64,000 nucleotides of DNA from the NCBI GenBank assembly GCA_963765675.1, contig CAVXXK010000006.1, positions 320,001 to 384,000 on the forward strand, read 5' to 3'. A program made the translations under genes and the position numbers. Positions 39,299 through 50,453 of this stretch are shown here, piece by piece. Each line of letters opens with the position of its first letter. The stretch's first letter is position 1. The DNA is from an uncultured delta proteobacterium. Lineage in GTDB: Bacteria > Desulfobacterota > Binatia > Binatales > Binataceae. Under the pieces are notes generated by a model, which made no database searches, was not told the DNA's origin, and saw only the letters and a list, made by a program, of their open reading frames with translations.

Positions 39299-39478
39299 CG
39301 ACCGTGCCACCTGACAATTGCGCCGGTCAGAGCGCGGGTCTGGAATCCGCGCGCGGTTACTATATGATTAGCAGCGTCGAATAATTAGCCGCCGTCCGAT
39401 AAGCGCGACTGCTCCCCGCGTCGGGCGCGAAATCGCATCCATCAAGCGCACTCAGCAGGAAGGAAAGTAACAAGCGAC

Positions 39479-40726
39479 ATGGCCTACAAGCACATCAAGG
39501 TTCCCAGCGACGGACAGAAAATCACCCTCGGCAAAAATCATACGCTGAACGTTCCCGACCGGCCGATTATCCCGTTTATCGAAGGCGACGGCACCGGTCC
39601 CGATATCTGGCGCGCGTCGCAGTATGTCTTCGACAACGCAGTCGCGAAAATCTATGGCGGCAAGCGCAAGATCGCGTGGATGGAAGTCTACGCCGGCGAG
39701 AAGCCATTCAAGGAGCAGAACACCTGGCTCCCGGATGAGACCGTCGAGGCGTTCAAGGAATTTCTGGTCGGGATCAAGGGTCCTCTCACCACTCCGATCG
39801 GCGGTGGAATCCGTTCGCTTAACGTCGCGCTGCGCCAGATGCTCGACCTCTATGTATGCCTGCGGCCGGTGCGCTACTTCACCGGCGTGCCCAGTCCGGT
39901 CAAGCATCCCGAAAAGCTCGACGTCGTGATCTTCCGCGAGAACACCGAAGATATCTACGCCGGAATCGAATGGCCGGCCGAGTCGCCCGAAGCGAAGAAG
40001 CTCATCAAGTTCCTGCAGGAGGAAATGGGCGTCAAGAATATCCGCTTCCCGAATACTTCCGGAATCGGCGTCAAGCCGATCTCGCGCGAGGGCTCCGAAC
40101 GCCTGATTCGCGCCGCGCTGGACTACGCGCTCCTGCGCAAACGCAAGAGCGTGACCTTCGTCCACAAGGGCAACATCATGAAGTTCACCGAAGGCGCGTT
40201 CCGAGACTGGGGCTATGAACTGGTCCGGCGCGAGTACAAGGGCAAGGCGGTAGGATGGGACGATTGCGGAGGCAAGCCTCCCGCAGGCGAGCTGCTGGTC
40301 AAAGACGCGATCGCGGATATCACCTTGCAGCAGATTCTGACGCGGCCCGATGAGTTCGACGTCGTCGCGACGATGAATCTCAACGGCGACTACATTTCCG
40401 ATGCGCTAGCGGCGCAGGTCGGAGGAATCGGAATCGCGCCGGGCGCCAATATCAACTACCTGACCGGCCACGCGATCTTCGAGGCGACCCACGGCACCGC
40501 GCCCAAGTACGCGAATCAGGACAAGGTGAATCCGGGCTCGGTGATTCTTTCGGGCGTCCTGATGTTTGAGCATATGGGATGGCAGGAAGCCGCCGACGGA
40601 ATCATCCGCGGGCTCGAAAAGACCATCGCGAACAAGACCGTCACCTACGATTTCGAGCGTTTGATGACCGGCGCCAAGCTGCTCAAATGCTCCGAGTTCG
40701 GCAAGGCGATCGTCGATAATATCTAG
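39479..40726 (+). CDS. icd: NADP-dependent isocitrate dehydrogenase
   Basis: [53 protein letters not shown]. Confidence 0.97.
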   Translation: MAYKHIKVPSDGQKITLGKNHTLNVPDRPIIPFIEGDGTGPDIWRASQYVFDNAVAKIYGGKRKIAWMEVYAGEKPFKEQNTWLPDETVEAFKEFLVGIKGPLTTPIGGGIRSLNVALRQMLDLYVCLRPVRYFTGVPSPVKHPEKLDVVIFRENTEDIYAGIEWPAESPEAKKLIKFLQEEMGVKNIRFPNTSGIGVKPISREGSERLIRAALDYALLRKRKSVTFVHKGNIMKFTEGAFRDWGYELVRREYKGKAVGWDDCGGKPPAGELLVKDAIADITLQQILTRPDEFDVVATMNLNGDYISDALAAQVGGIGIAPGANINYLTGHAIFEATHGTAPKYANQDKVNPGSVILSGVLMFEHMGWQEAADGIIRGLEKTIANKTVTYDFERLMTGAKLLKCSEFGKAIVDNI

Positions 40727-40807
40727 GCAGCGTGAATCGATTTGAATGTTACCGGGACCGGCGCGCCGGCGTGGCACGCCGGTCCCGTTGCGTTTGCCGC
40801 TGAAACG

Positions 40808-41566
40808 ATGCGCCAGCGAATCAGGATTGCAGCGCGCGCCCTGGCGATCGCTTTCGCAGCCAGTGTGCTGGCCGGATGCTCGTCCGGCGTGGTGCAGCCG
40901 CTCAATCAGAGTCCCGCTTCCGCGAAGGAACCACGGCAGCCGCCCGACGCCGCACTATCAGCCGGCACAGGGTTCCTGCCCGATCCGGCGCGAATGATGG
41001 CGGATAGCCGTTTTCCGTTTCACCTGTCCTGGGTCCAGCCGGGCACTGATTTCAAAAACTACACTGAGGTGATGCTGGCGCCGATCAGCCTCCAGTATCT
41101 CGCGGCTCCGCCGACCGCGAGCGCCGCGACTCCCCAAGGCAACCGGCATGCGTCGGTTGACGTCGCGGTCTTCGCGGGCGACGCGTTCATCCAAGCAGTG
41201 CGGGACGATCCGTCGCATCGGCTCACGATAGTGACGAAGGCGGATGCGAAAACGATCGTGGTCGAGATGGCGATCGTCGCGCTTGCGCCGAGCGTGCGCC
41301 CGTCCTCGGCGGACGCGTTCGGCATCCCGACCACGACCTCAGCGTCGTCGGCGCTTCAGCGCGAGGCGAACTTGAACGGACGCGGAACGATCGCGATGCA
41401 GCTAAAGCTGCGCGACGGCAAGACCAGTCAAGTGATCGCGATCTTCGCCGACGCGCGCCGCGCCAACGCGCCGCCGGGCGACGAGAAACTCACGCCAGGC
41501 TACGGGTTCGCGAATCAGATCGTGGGCGATTGGATGCGCCAGATCGTGGCGATGCTAAATTCCTGA
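40808..41566 (+). CDS. Lipoprotein (DUF3313-like)
   Basis: Lipobox VLAGC; TGFLPD, DFKNYTEVMLAPI, LRDGKTSQVIA. Confidence 0.65.
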   Translation: MRQRIRIAARALAIAFAASVLAGCSSGVVQPLNQSPASAKEPRQPPDAALSAGTGFLPDPARMMADSRFPFHLSWVQPGTDFKNYTEVMLAPISLQYLAAPPTASAATPQGNRHASVDVAVFAGDAFIQAVRDDPSHRLTIVTKADAKTIVVEMAIVALAPSVRPSSADAFGIPTTTSASSALQREANLNGRGTIAMQLKLRDGKTSQVIAIFADARRANAPPGDEKLTPGYGFANQIVGDWMRQIVAMLNS

Positions 41567-41572
41567 GTCGCG

Positions 41573-43036
41573 ATGGTGATGCGGCAACCGGCACTTTTCA
41601 TTGCGGCGCTGATATTCGCGCTCGCTCAGCTCTCCGGGTGCGCGCCGAATCCCGCTACCGGAGGCTCGAGCCTGACCGGCTTCAGCTCGACTGCGGCCGA
41701 AACGCAGACCGGCGCCGATCAGAATCCCGCCGTGCTTGCGGCTCTTGGCGGCGCGTACGCCGATGCATCGCTTGCTGCCTACGTGAGCGAGGTCGGACAG
41801 CGGGTTGCCGCGGGCAGCGAGCGCAAGGACATCACCTACAAGTTCCAGGTGCTCGACACGCCGATCGTCAATGCGCTCGCGATTCCCGGCGGCTATATCT
41901 ACGTCTCGCGCGGACTGCTCGCGCTGGTCAACAACGAAGCCGAACTCGCAGGCGTGCTGGGGCACGAGGTCGGGCACGTCGCCGCGATGCATCATGCGCA
42001 GGGGCAGATGCGCGACACGATCGCGCAGGTCGGGATGCTGCCGCTTGCGATCGTCTCTCCGCTGCTGCTCGGGGCTCCGCAGATGGCCGCGCAGAGCTAC
42101 CTGCGCTCATTCTCGCGCGATGCCGAGTACGAGGCCGACACACTCGGGATCAGGTATGTCGCGCGCGCCGGATACGATCCGGCCGCGACTGCGACGTTCC
42201 TCAACACGATGCGCAACTACGAGCAGGTGCAGGCAGTGATTGACGGCCGCAGCGCAGGCTCGATCGATCAGTTCGATTACATGGCGACGCATCCCAACGC
42301 TCTCGAGCGCTATCGCCGCGCGCTCGCGCAGGCGTCGCAGACTCCGGTTGCGAATCCGATCGTCAGGCGGCGCGAATACCTTGCGCAGATTAACGGCGTC
42401 ATCTACGGCGAGTCGCCAGAGCAGGGCTTTATCCGCGGCCGGATGTTCGCGCATCCGAAACTCCGCTTCGCCTTCGAGGTGCCGAAAGGCTTCGAGCTGT
42501 TCGATACCTCCGATGCGATCTACGCGGCCGGCCCCGACAACGCGATGATCATCTTCGATAGCGCGCCCGAGACCAGCAGCCTCGCGATGACCGGATATAT
42601 CCGTCAGGTGTGGGCCAAGGGTATCGAGGTGCGCGAGGTCAGGCGCGGCGAGATAAACGGCCTCGAGGCGGCGACCGCGATCGCGACGGCGCAAACCAAG
42701 CAGGGTCCGGTCACGATGCGAATCGTCGCGATTCGGATGGACCCGACACATATTTACCGCTTTCGATTCATCGCCCCCGCGCCCCGTGCACAGACACTCG
42801 CACCCGCATTCGCACAGACCGCAGGCACGTTCAAGAGACTTACGGCGGCCGAAGCTGCTTCCCTCAAACCGCGCAAAATAAAGCTCGTCACGGTTGCGAA
42901 GAACGATACGGTTGCGACCCTCGCCAAGCGCTGCGCTTTCGACAAATTTCCGCAGGAGCAGTTTCACGCGCTCAACGGCCTCGCTCCCGACAGCACCCAA
43001 ATCCCTTTGCAGCAGGTAAAACTGATCGTCGAGTGA
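41573..43036 (+). CDS. M48 family Zn metalloprotease lipoprotein with C-terminal LysM-like domain
   Basis: Lipobox LSGC, VNALAIPGG, HEVGH, FSRDAEYEAD, THP, C-terminal DTVATLA...LNGL. Confidence 0.88.
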   Translation: MVMRQPALFIAALIFALAQLSGCAPNPATGGSSLTGFSSTAAETQTGADQNPAVLAALGGAYADASLAAYVSEVGQRVAAGSERKDITYKFQVLDTPIVNALAIPGGYIYVSRGLLALVNNEAELAGVLGHEVGHVAAMHHAQGQMRDTIAQVGMLPLAIVSPLLLGAPQMAAQSYLRSFSRDAEYEADTLGIRYVARAGYDPAATATFLNTMRNYEQVQAVIDGRSAGSIDQFDYMATHPNALERYRRALAQASQTPVANPIVRRREYLAQINGVIYGESPEQGFIRGRMFAHPKLRFAFEVPKGFELFDTSDAIYAAGPDNAMIIFDSAPETSSLAMTGYIRQVWAKGIEVREVRRGEINGLEAATAIATAQTKQGPVTMRIVAIRMDPTHIYRFRFIAPAPRAQTLAPAFAQTAGTFKRLTAAEAASLKPRKIKLVTVAKNDTVATLAKRCAFDKFPQEQFHALNGLAPDSTQIPLQQVKLIVE

Positions 43037-43085
43037 TTGGAAATTGTAGCCGCGACGACTGTAGAATCCGCCCGAGGTCATCGTC

Positions 43086-43880
43086 ATGCCGGCAAAACAC
43101 TTTGCGTTTCGTCTGCTATTCGCGCTCGCTTTCTCGTTCGTTCTCTCGGCATCCGCATATGCTGCGAACGTCGGCGAAATGGGTGCGATGGGCGCGATGG
43201 ATATGAATAATCCAAATGGCGGCGCGATGGCGATGAGCCCGGGCGATACCGACGCGATGTCCTCGATGAATATGAGCGATATGCACGACTCGCACATGGC
43301 CAGCGGCGAGATGGGCAACATGAAGGATCACATGAAGTGGACCGACCTCCGCCCCGCGAATCCCGCCGATACCGAACGCGCCGACAAGCTCGTCGATACG
43401 CTCAAGACCGCGCTCGCCAAGTACCAGGACTATCACGCCGCCGAAGCCGCCGGCTTTAAGCCGTTTCATCCCGAGCTCAAGGCGCAGAAGGTCGTCCACT
43501 TCACCAAGTGGTGGTACGGGCTCAAGTCCGCCTTCGAGTTCAATCCCGCGGAACCGACCTCGCTGCTCTATGAACGCACCGCCAACGGCGGATACAAGCT
43601 CATTGGCGCGATGTACACCGCACCGCGAAAGTGGGACCCCGACGAGCTCAACCAGCGCGTGCCGCTGAGCGTCGCCCGATGGCATCAGCACATCGATATT
43701 TGCATTCCCAAAAAGGGTACCATGGCCTCCGCCGATTGGACCAAGTTCGGTCCCCGAGGTTCGATTGTGACCGAGCAGGCCTGTACCGCCGCGGGCGGCA
43801 GATTCTTTCCGGTCCTGTTCGGATGGATGGTGCATGTCTATCCCTGGGAGACCAATCCGCAGCAAGTCTGGGCGCACTGA
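43086..43880 (+). CDS. Exported Met/His-rich protein of unknown function
   Basis: Signal peptide ending AYA-A, Met-rich N-terminal segment, HFT / WHQHIDIC / WMVHVYP motifs. Confidence 0.7.
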   Translation: MPAKHFAFRLLFALAFSFVLSASAYAANVGEMGAMGAMDMNNPNGGAMAMSPGDTDAMSSMNMSDMHDSHMASGEMGNMKDHMKWTDLRPANPADTERADKLVDTLKTALAKYQDYHAAEAAGFKPFHPELKAQKVVHFTKWWYGLKSAFEFNPAEPTSLLYERTANGGYKLIGAMYTAPRKWDPDELNQRVPLSVARWHQHIDICIPKKGTMASADWTKFGPRGSIVTEQACTAAGGRFFPVLFGWMVHVYPWETNPQQVWAH

Positions 43881-43886
43881 GCCGCG

Positions 43887-44792
43887 ATGCCGCTAACCGT
43901 CGAGCTCGAGCGCGCGCGCAAGTGCTACGACGGCCTGGTTGCGGTCGATAGCCTGTCGCTCTCGATCTCCGGCGGAGAAATTTTCGGCCTGCTCGGGCCC
44001 AACGGATCGGGCAAGACCAGCACGATCCGCATGATGATCGGGATCACGCGGCCCGATAGCGGGGTGGTCCGGGTTTTCGGCAAACCGCTGGAGCGCGCGA
44101 GCCTCAGCAGGATCGGCTACCTGCCTGAAGAGCGCGGACTCTACCGCCGGATGACGGTGCGCGAGAACTTGTCGTTCCTCGGCCAGCTCGCCGGCCTGAC
44201 CGCGGCGCAGGCGCTCGAGCGGGGACGCGCGTGGACGGCCAGGCTCGAACTCAGCGACTGGTTCGAGCGCCGGGTCGAAGAGCTGTCCAAGGGGATGCAG
44301 CAGAAGATCCAGTTCGTCGCGGCGCTGATTCACGACCCGGAATTTATCGTGATGGACGAGCCGTTTGGCGGGCTCGATCCGGTCAATGCCAACGAGCTCA
44401 AAGAGATACTGCTCGAACTGAAAGGGCAGGGACGCACGATCGTACTTTCGACGCATCGGATGGACCAGGCCGAGAAACTCTGCGACGCGATCTGCCTAAT
44501 CAACAGCGGACGTGCGATCCTGCAAGGCAACCTGCGCGAGATAAAATCGCAACACGGCGAGCGCTTCGTGCAGATCGATTACGCGGGCGCAAATGGGCTG
44601 CTCGCGGGGCATCCGATGGTCGAGTCGCGCCGCGACTTCGGCAACCATCTCGAACTCAAGCTCCACACTGGCGCCGATCCGCAGGAGCTCCTGCACGCCG
44701 CGGCCGCGTCGGCGCGAATCTCACGCTTCGAGCTGATGGAACCGTCGCTCGAAGAAATCTTCATCAATCGCGTCCGGCGCCGCGATGGGTAG
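43887..44792 (+). CDS. ABC transporter ATP-binding protein (NatA-like)
   Basis: GPNGSGKT, LPEERGLY, LSKGMQQK, MDEPFGGLD. Confidence 0.92.
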   Translation: MPLTVELERARKCYDGLVAVDSLSLSISGGEIFGLLGPNGSGKTSTIRMMIGITRPDSGVVRVFGKPLERASLSRIGYLPEERGLYRRMTVRENLSFLGQLAGLTAAQALERGRAWTARLELSDWFERRVEELSKGMQQKIQFVAALIHDPEFIVMDEPFGGLDPVNANELKEILLELKGQGRTIVLSTHRMDQAEKLCDAICLINSGRAILQGNLREIKSQHGERFVQIDYAGANGLLAGHPMVESRRDFGNHLELKLHTGADPQELLHAAAASARISRFELMEPSLEEIFINRVRRRDG

Positions 44793-46062
44793 CCGAGTAA
44801 GCCTCCGCAATCTCTGGCTGATCGCGCGGCGCGAATATCTCGAGCGCGTGCGCACGCGGTCGTTCTGGTTCTCGACCCTGATTCTGCCGGTGATCTTCAG
44901 CTCGATGCTGCTGTTGCCGCGGATGGTCGCCAGCGAAGTCGCGGCCGGTTTCGGTGCAGGGGCTCATCCGACCATGCGAATCGCGATCGTCTCGGCGGAC
45001 CGGGAACTCGGCGCCGCGATCGCCGCGGATTTGGCGCGAACTGATCCGCACGGATTTCTCGTCACCCTCGAATCGACTCCGTCGCCAGAGTTGCGCGCGG
45101 AACTGCACCGCCAAATCCGCTCGCGCGAGATCGACGGCTATCTGTGGATCGACTCCGATCCGTCCGGAGCCCGTCGCGCCGTATTTGCGCGTCCGGCTTC
45201 GCTCGGATTCGGCGTGACGAGCAAGCTCAACGCCGCAGTGTGGTTTGCCTGGACCGAGCGTGAACTCGCGCCCTTCGGAATTGAAACCGATCTGGCTCGC
45301 AAGCTGCTCGCGCGAGTGGACTTCCGCACTGCCGACGTAAATCCGCCATCGCTGTATGCGCAGAGCGAGGTCGCGATCGTGATGGTCGCGATGCTGGTAT
45401 TCGTAATGTTCATCTCGCTGATGTCGTACGGGATCATGGTGATGCGCGCGGTGCTGGACGAGAAAAGCTCGCGGATTACTGAGGTGCTGCTGTGCTCGAC
45501 GAGCGCGGACGAGTTGATGGCCGGCAAGGTAATCGGAATCGGCGCGCTCGGAGTTACCCAAGTGGCGATCTGGTTTATCGCGGCGGCGCTGATCGTGGCC
45601 GCGAGCCCGATGGCAGGGGTTGCCGCGCAGGCGCTTCAGTCCGGCGGGAGTGTGATCGGATGGTTCGCGTTTTATTACATCCTTGGCTACCTGCTTTACA
45701 GCTCGATCTACGCGGCCGTCGGCGCGTCTTTCAATTCTCCGGACGAAGCCCAGCAATGGACCTTCGTGATCATGCTGCCGCTCATCGCGACCACGGTATT
45801 GGTCGAGCCGGCGATTCTTTCGCCCGGCACACCGATCGTTGTCGCGGGATCGATGTTTCCGTTCTCCTCGCCGGTGCTGATGTACGCGCGAATCCTGATG
45901 GGGCATCCGCCGCTATGGCAGATCGCGCTGTCGGCTGCGATCCTGCTCGTGACGGTCTGGATCGCGCTTTCGATCTCGGCGCGGATCTACCGGGTTGGAA
46001 TCTTGATGTACGGCAAGCGCCCGACGCTGCGCGAGATCGTCAAGTGGCTGCGCTACGCCTAA
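44785..46062 (+). CDS. ABC-2 permease (NatB-like)
   Basis: IARREYLERVR, EKSSRITEVLL, LMAGKVIG, RIYRVGILMYGK. Confidence 0.9.
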   Translation: MGSRVSLRNLWLIARREYLERVRTRSFWFSTLILPVIFSSMLLLPRMVASEVAAGFGAGAHPTMRIAIVSADRELGAAIAADLARTDPHGFLVTLESTPSPELRAELHRQIRSREIDGYLWIDSDPSGARRAVFARPASLGFGVTSKLNAAVWFAWTERELAPFGIETDLARKLLARVDFRTADVNPPSLYAQSEVAIVMVAMLVFVMFISLMSYGIMVMRAVLDEKSSRITEVLLCSTSADELMAGKVIGIGALGVTQVAIWFIAAALIVAASPMAGVAAQALQSGGSVIGWFAFYYILGYLLYSSIYAAVGASFNSPDEAQQWTFVIMLPLIATTVLVEPAILSPGTPIVVAGSMFPFSSPVLMYARILMGHPPLWQIALSAAILLVTVWIALSISARIYRVGILMYGKRPTLREIVKWLRYA

Positions 46063-46603
46063 GCGCCGCAAATTCCTTGGATGTGATTCGATAAAGCACG
46101 TGCGGTAATCCCGCGTGAATGATATTGCGCTCAAAACGCATCCCGCAGGTTTCCATCACGCCGCGCGATCCGCGATTGTGCGGCAGCGTGAAGGCGATCA
46201 CACTTTCCGGAGCGAGGTCGCGAAAGCCTAGCCGCAGAACCTCGGCCGCGGCCTCGCTCGCGTATCCCATACGCCACCGGTCGGATCTAATCGCGTAGAG
46301 CAGCTCGATCTCCGGCGCGCCTTGGAGTTCGATATGCCGAATTCCGGCATAGCCGACAAAACGGTTATCGGCCTTTTCAAACAGCATCCACACGCCAAAA
46401 CCATAACGCTCCCAATGCTCGCGTATCCGCGCCAGCATGCCGGAACTGTACTCCTCGCTTGCGGGCTGCCCGTCGGCTGACAGCGTTGCCATCGCGCGAG
46501 GATCGCTGTGAATCACGCGCAGATGTGGCAAGTCGGTTTCGAGCGGCGCACGCCCGCAAAGGCGCGCGGTCTCGAGCACGGTCATCGCGGTTTCCGGATT
46601 CAT
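46040..46603 (-). CDS. GNAT N-acetyltransferase (RimL-like)
   Basis: LETARL, HWERYGFGVW, WRMGYASEAA, NRGSRGVMETCGM. Confidence 0.85.
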   Translation of the reverse strand: MNPETAMTVLETARLCGRAPLETDLPHLRVIHSDPRAMATLSADGQPASEEYSSGMLARIREHWERYGFGVWMLFEKADNRFVGYAGIRHIELQGAPEIELLYAIRSDRWRMGYASEAAAEVLRLGFRDLAPESVIAFTLPHNRGSRGVMETCGMRFERNIIHAGLPHVLYRITSKEFAALRRSAAT

Positions 46604-46797
46604 TCAGTAAAATTCGCGCTTCGCCAAGTCTGGTTATTTCAAGCGGCTTCACTTCCATATCGAAGGTTGCTATTTAACTCGACGCCCGAGGCATCGATCC
46701 GGCGGCGAGGCGCTTCACTTAAGATTGCCTCATTAGCAGAAAACCGACTATAAGAGATTCTTTAGACAGGACATCCTGCTCAGGCGGTAATTCAGGC

Positions 46798-47742
46798 GTG
46801 GCTAGAAGAAAAATTGCGTTTATCGGCGCCGGCAACGTCGGCGCGACCTGCGCGCATCTCTGCTTTCTGCGCAACCTCGGCGACATCGTCCTCTACGATA
46901 TTATCGACGGCCTGCCGCAGGGCAAAGCGCTCGATATGGCGGAAAGCGCGCCGGTCCTCGGAATCGACGCCCAGGTTACCGGCACCACCGATATCAAGGA
47001 TATCGCCGGCGCCGATTGCTGCGTCGTCACCTCCGGTTCGCCGCGCAAGCCCGGCATGAGCCGCGACGATCTGCTGAAAATCAACGCCAAGGTGATGAAC
47101 GACGTCGGCGGCGCGATCAAACAGTACGCTCCCCAATCGTTCGTGATCGCGGTGACCAATCCGCTCGACGCGATGGTGACGCAGCTCAAGCGCGTGACCG
47201 GCTTCCCGAAGCATCGCATAGTCGGACAGGCGGGTGTGCTTGATTCCGCGCGTTACCGGACCTTCCTTGCGATGGAGCTGAAAGTCTCGGTCGAGAGCGT
47301 GAATGCGACGGTTTTAGGCGGCCACGGCGACGACATGGTCCCAGTCCGCAGCTATACGACGATCGGCGGAGTGCCGGTGGCCAAGCTGATATCGGCCAAG
47401 CGGCTCGACGAAATCGAAACCCGTACCCGCAACGGCGGCGGCGAAATCGTCAACCTGATGAAGACCTCGTCCTACTACGCCGCGGGAAGTGCGACCTACA
47501 AGATGGTCGAATCATACATGCTCGATCGCAAGGAAGTGGTCCCGTGCGCGGCGTACCTCGAAGGCGAATACGGCGTGAAGGGATTGTACGCGGGCGTGCC
47601 GGTAGTGATCGGAGGCGGCGGAGTCGAGCGCGTGATCGAAATCGAGCTGACCGCGGCCGAGAAACAGGCCTTCGACAGCTCGGTCGCACACGTGAAGGAA
47701 CTGGTTGACGCGATGGACAAGGTAATCGCGGCGGGCAATTGA
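46798..47742 (+). CDS. mdh: Malate dehydrogenase
   Basis: [33 protein letters not shown]. Confidence 0.96.
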   Translation: MARRKIAFIGAGNVGATCAHLCFLRNLGDIVLYDIIDGLPQGKALDMAESAPVLGIDAQVTGTTDIKDIAGADCCVVTSGSPRKPGMSRDDLLKINAKVMNDVGGAIKQYAPQSFVIAVTNPLDAMVTQLKRVTGFPKHRIVGQAGVLDSARYRTFLAMELKVSVESVNATVLGGHGDDMVPVRSYTTIGGVPVAKLISAKRLDEIETRTRNGGGEIVNLMKTSSYYAAGSATYKMVESYMLDRKEVVPCAAYLEGEYGVKGLYAGVPVVIGGGGVERVIEIELTAAEKQAFDSSVAHVKELVDAMDKVIAAGN

Positions 47743-47762
47743 CCGCGAGGCGTGCCCGAGCG

Positions 47763-47788
47763 GTCATCCTGAGCGAAGCGAAGGATCT
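47763..47788 (+). repeat. REP-like half unit, family B
   Basis: GTCATCCTGAGCGAAGCGAAGGATCT, matching the unit at 15751. Confidence 0.75.
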
Positions 47789-47863
47789 CGGCGAGCGAAG
47801 CGAAGCGTCGCTGGCGGTCCGGGGTTCGAGATTTTTCCCATAAGTTGTTTCAGAGGGTAGTTG

Positions 47864-49033
47864 ATGAACATCCACGAATTTCAGGCCAAGCAGATTCTCG
47901 GACGCTTCGGCGCGCCCGTTCCGAGGGGGCAATCCGCCGCGACCGCCGACGAGGCTGCGGCCGCGTTCACCGCGCTCGGCGTGCCGAAGGCCGTTATCAA
48001 GGCGCAGATTCATGCGGGCGGACGCGGCAAGGCCGGCGGAGTGAAGCTGATCTCCTCCGCCGATGAGGCGCGCAAGTTCGCCGCCGGCCTGCTCGGCAAG
48101 CCGCTGGTCACGCACCAGACTGGTCCCGAGGGCCGTGTCGTCGGGCGCGTGTATGTCGAAGAGGCCAGCGCTGTCGCGCGCGAGCTTTACCTCGGGATGC
48201 TGGTCGATCGAAAAGCGGGTGCGGTGTCGGTTATCGCCAGCACCGAAGGCGGCATGGAGATCGAGGAGGTCGCCGCCAAGACACCTGAGCGGATCATCAC
48301 CAAGGTCGTTGACCCGCTTCTCGGATTGTCGCCGTTTCTGGCGCGCGAGATCGCATTCGCGCTGGGACTCAAGGACAAGCAAGTCAATCAGTTCGTGGGG
48401 TTGCTCAGCGCGATTTACAAAGCGTTTGTCGAGACCGATGCGTCGCTGGTCGAGATCAATCCGCTGGTCGTGACGCAGGACGGACGCGTCATCTGCCTGG
48501 ACGCCAAGATGTCGTTCGACGACAACGGACTTTTCCGCCATCCCGATATCCGCGAGCTGCGCGACCCTAACGAGGAAGACAAAGACGAAACCGAGGCCGC
48601 GAAATACGATCTGAGTTTCGTGCATCTGGACGGGAACATCGGATGCATGGTCAATGGCGCGGGTCTGGCGATGGCGACGATGGATATCGTCAAATTCTTC
48701 GGCGCCGAGCCGGCCAATTTTCTCGACGTCGGCGGCGGCGCCAACACCGAGAAAGTCGCGGCCGCGTTCCGGATCCTGCTCTCCGACAGGCGCGTCAAAG
48801 CCGTGCTGATCAACATCTTCGGCGGGATCATGCAATGCGACGTGCTCGCGCAGGGCGTGGTCGAAGCCGCCCGGCAGGTGAAGCTCAGCATCCCGCTCGT
48901 GGTCAGGATGGAAGGGACCAACGTCGACAAGGGCAAGAAGATTCTGGCCGAGTCGGGAATCAAGGTGATCGCCGCGGCCGACATGGCCGACGCCGCGCGG
49001 CGCGTGACCCAGGCAATCGGAGTGGGGAAGTAA
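47864..49033 (+). CDS. sucC: Succinyl-CoA synthetase beta subunit
   Basis: [43 protein letters not shown]. Confidence 0.97.
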   Translation: MNIHEFQAKQILGRFGAPVPRGQSAATADEAAAAFTALGVPKAVIKAQIHAGGRGKAGGVKLISSADEARKFAAGLLGKPLVTHQTGPEGRVVGRVYVEEASAVARELYLGMLVDRKAGAVSVIASTEGGMEIEEVAAKTPERIITKVVDPLLGLSPFLAREIAFALGLKDKQVNQFVGLLSAIYKAFVETDASLVEINPLVVTQDGRVICLDAKMSFDDNGLFRHPDIRELRDPNEEDKDETEAAKYDLSFVHLDGNIGCMVNGAGLAMATMDIVKFFGAEPANFLDVGGGANTEKVAAAFRILLSDRRVKAVLINIFGGIMQCDVLAQGVVEAARQVKLSIPLVVRMEGTNVDKGKKILAESGIKVIAAADMADAARRVTQAIGVGK

Positions 49034-49039
49034 CCGGCA

Positions 49040-49927
49040 ATGAGTATTCTCGTCAACAAGAACACCCGCGTCCTGACCCAGGGCATCACCGGCGCGACCG
49101 GACAGTTTCACACCCGCGCGTGCAAGGAATACGGCACCCAGATGGTGGGCGGAGTGGTGCCGGGCAAGGGCGGCACAACCTTCGAGGGGATTCCGATCTT
49201 CGACACCGTCGAGCAGGCGGTGCGCGCGACGGGCGCCAATGCGGCGGTCAGTTATGTACCGCCGGCGTTCGCGGCCGACGCGATCCTCGAGGCGATCGCG
49301 GCCGAGCTTCCACTGGTCATCTGCATCACCGAGGGCATCCCGGTGCTCGACATGGTGAAAGTAAAGCATTACTTGAAGTCTTCAAAGTCGCGCCTGATCG
49401 GACCGAACTGCCCCGGAATCATCACCCCGGGCGAGTGCAAGATCGGGATCATGCCGGGCTATATCCACAAGCCGGGCCGCGTCGGGGTGGTCTCGCGCTC
49501 GGGAACCCTGACCTACGAGGCTGTGCATCAGCTCACGCAGCTCGGGATCGGTCAATCGAGCTGTATCGGAATCGGCGGAGACCCAATCGTCGGGACCAAT
49601 CACACCGAGGCGATGCGCTTGTTCAACGAGGATCCTGCGACCGACGCGGTGATCATGATTGGAGAGATCGGCGGAACGGCCGAAGAAGAGGCCGCCGATT
49701 ATGTGAAGCATCACTTTAAGAAACCGGTCGTGGCGTTTATCGCCGGGCAGACCGCTCCCAAGGGCCGCAGAATGGGCCATGCGGGCGCGATAATCTCGGG
49801 CGGGCGCGGCACCGCCGCGGACAAGATCGCGGCGCTCAAGGCGGCCGGAATCACCGTCGCGATGAGCCCCGCCGATTTGGGCTCGACGATGAAGGCCGTG
49901 CTCGAAGGCAAAGCTCCAAAGAATTGA
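49040..49927 (+). CDS. sucD: Succinyl-CoA synthetase alpha subunit
   Basis: [27 protein letters not shown]. Confidence 0.97.
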   Translation: MSILVNKNTRVLTQGITGATGQFHTRACKEYGTQMVGGVVPGKGGTTFEGIPIFDTVEQAVRATGANAAVSYVPPAFAADAILEAIAAELPLVICITEGIPVLDMVKVKHYLKSSKSRLIGPNCPGIITPGECKIGIMPGYIHKPGRVGVVSRSGTLTYEAVHQLTQLGIGQSSCIGIGGDPIVGTNHTEAMRLFNEDPATDAVIMIGEIGGTAEEEAADYVKHHFKKPVVAFIAGQTAPKGRRMGHAGAIISGGRGTAADKIAALKAAGITVAMSPADLGSTMKAVLEGKAPKN

Positions 49928-49945
49928 GCGCACGAGATCAACCAG

Positions 49946-50362
49946 ATGGAAAAGACTCTCGCAATCATCAAGCCTGACGCGGTTTCGCGCGGACTGACCG
50001 GCGACATCCTGAAGCGTATCGAGGCCTCGGGACTCTCGATTCGCGCGCTGCGCAAGCTGCATCTCTCGCAGGAGCAGGCGCAGATGTTTTACGCGGTGCA
50101 CAAGGCGCGTCCGTTCTACGGCGACCTGTGCAAGTACATGACCTCGGGACCGGTGGTGGTCGCCGTACTCGGCGCCGACGGCGCGATCACGAAGTGGCGC
50201 GAGTTGATGGGCGCGACCGATCCAAAAAAAGCCGCGCCGGGAACGATTCGCCGCGAATTCGGCCAGAACATCGAAGCCAACGCGACCCACGGTTCCGACG
50301 CGCCGGAAACCGCCGCCCAGGAAATCGCCTTCTTCTTCCCCGCGATGGAAATTCTGCCCTGA
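49946..50362 (+). CDS. ndk: Nucleoside diphosphate kinase
   Basis: IIKPDAV, PGTIR, NATHGSD. Confidence 0.97.
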   Translation: MEKTLAIIKPDAVSRGLTGDILKRIEASGLSIRALRKLHLSQEQAQMFYAVHKARPFYGDLCKYMTSGPVVVAVLGADGAITKWRELMGATDPKKAAPGTIRREFGQNIEANATHGSDAPETAAQEIAFFFPAMEILP

Positions 50363-50453
50363 TGCTCGCCTGAACTCATCGTTTTGAGACATGAATAATC
50401 GGGCGAGAGGCGTCCTGCTCTCACGCGCGCATTTCGGTTAGAATTGCGGGTTC

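Noticed and set aside
47450-49369. 639-aa minus-strand ORF, and similar long antisense ORFs (7399..8730, 4478..5770, 57097..58353, 42107..43321)
   Set aside because: Shadow ORFs opposite well-conserved genes, expected from high-GC codon bias; no recognisable motifs
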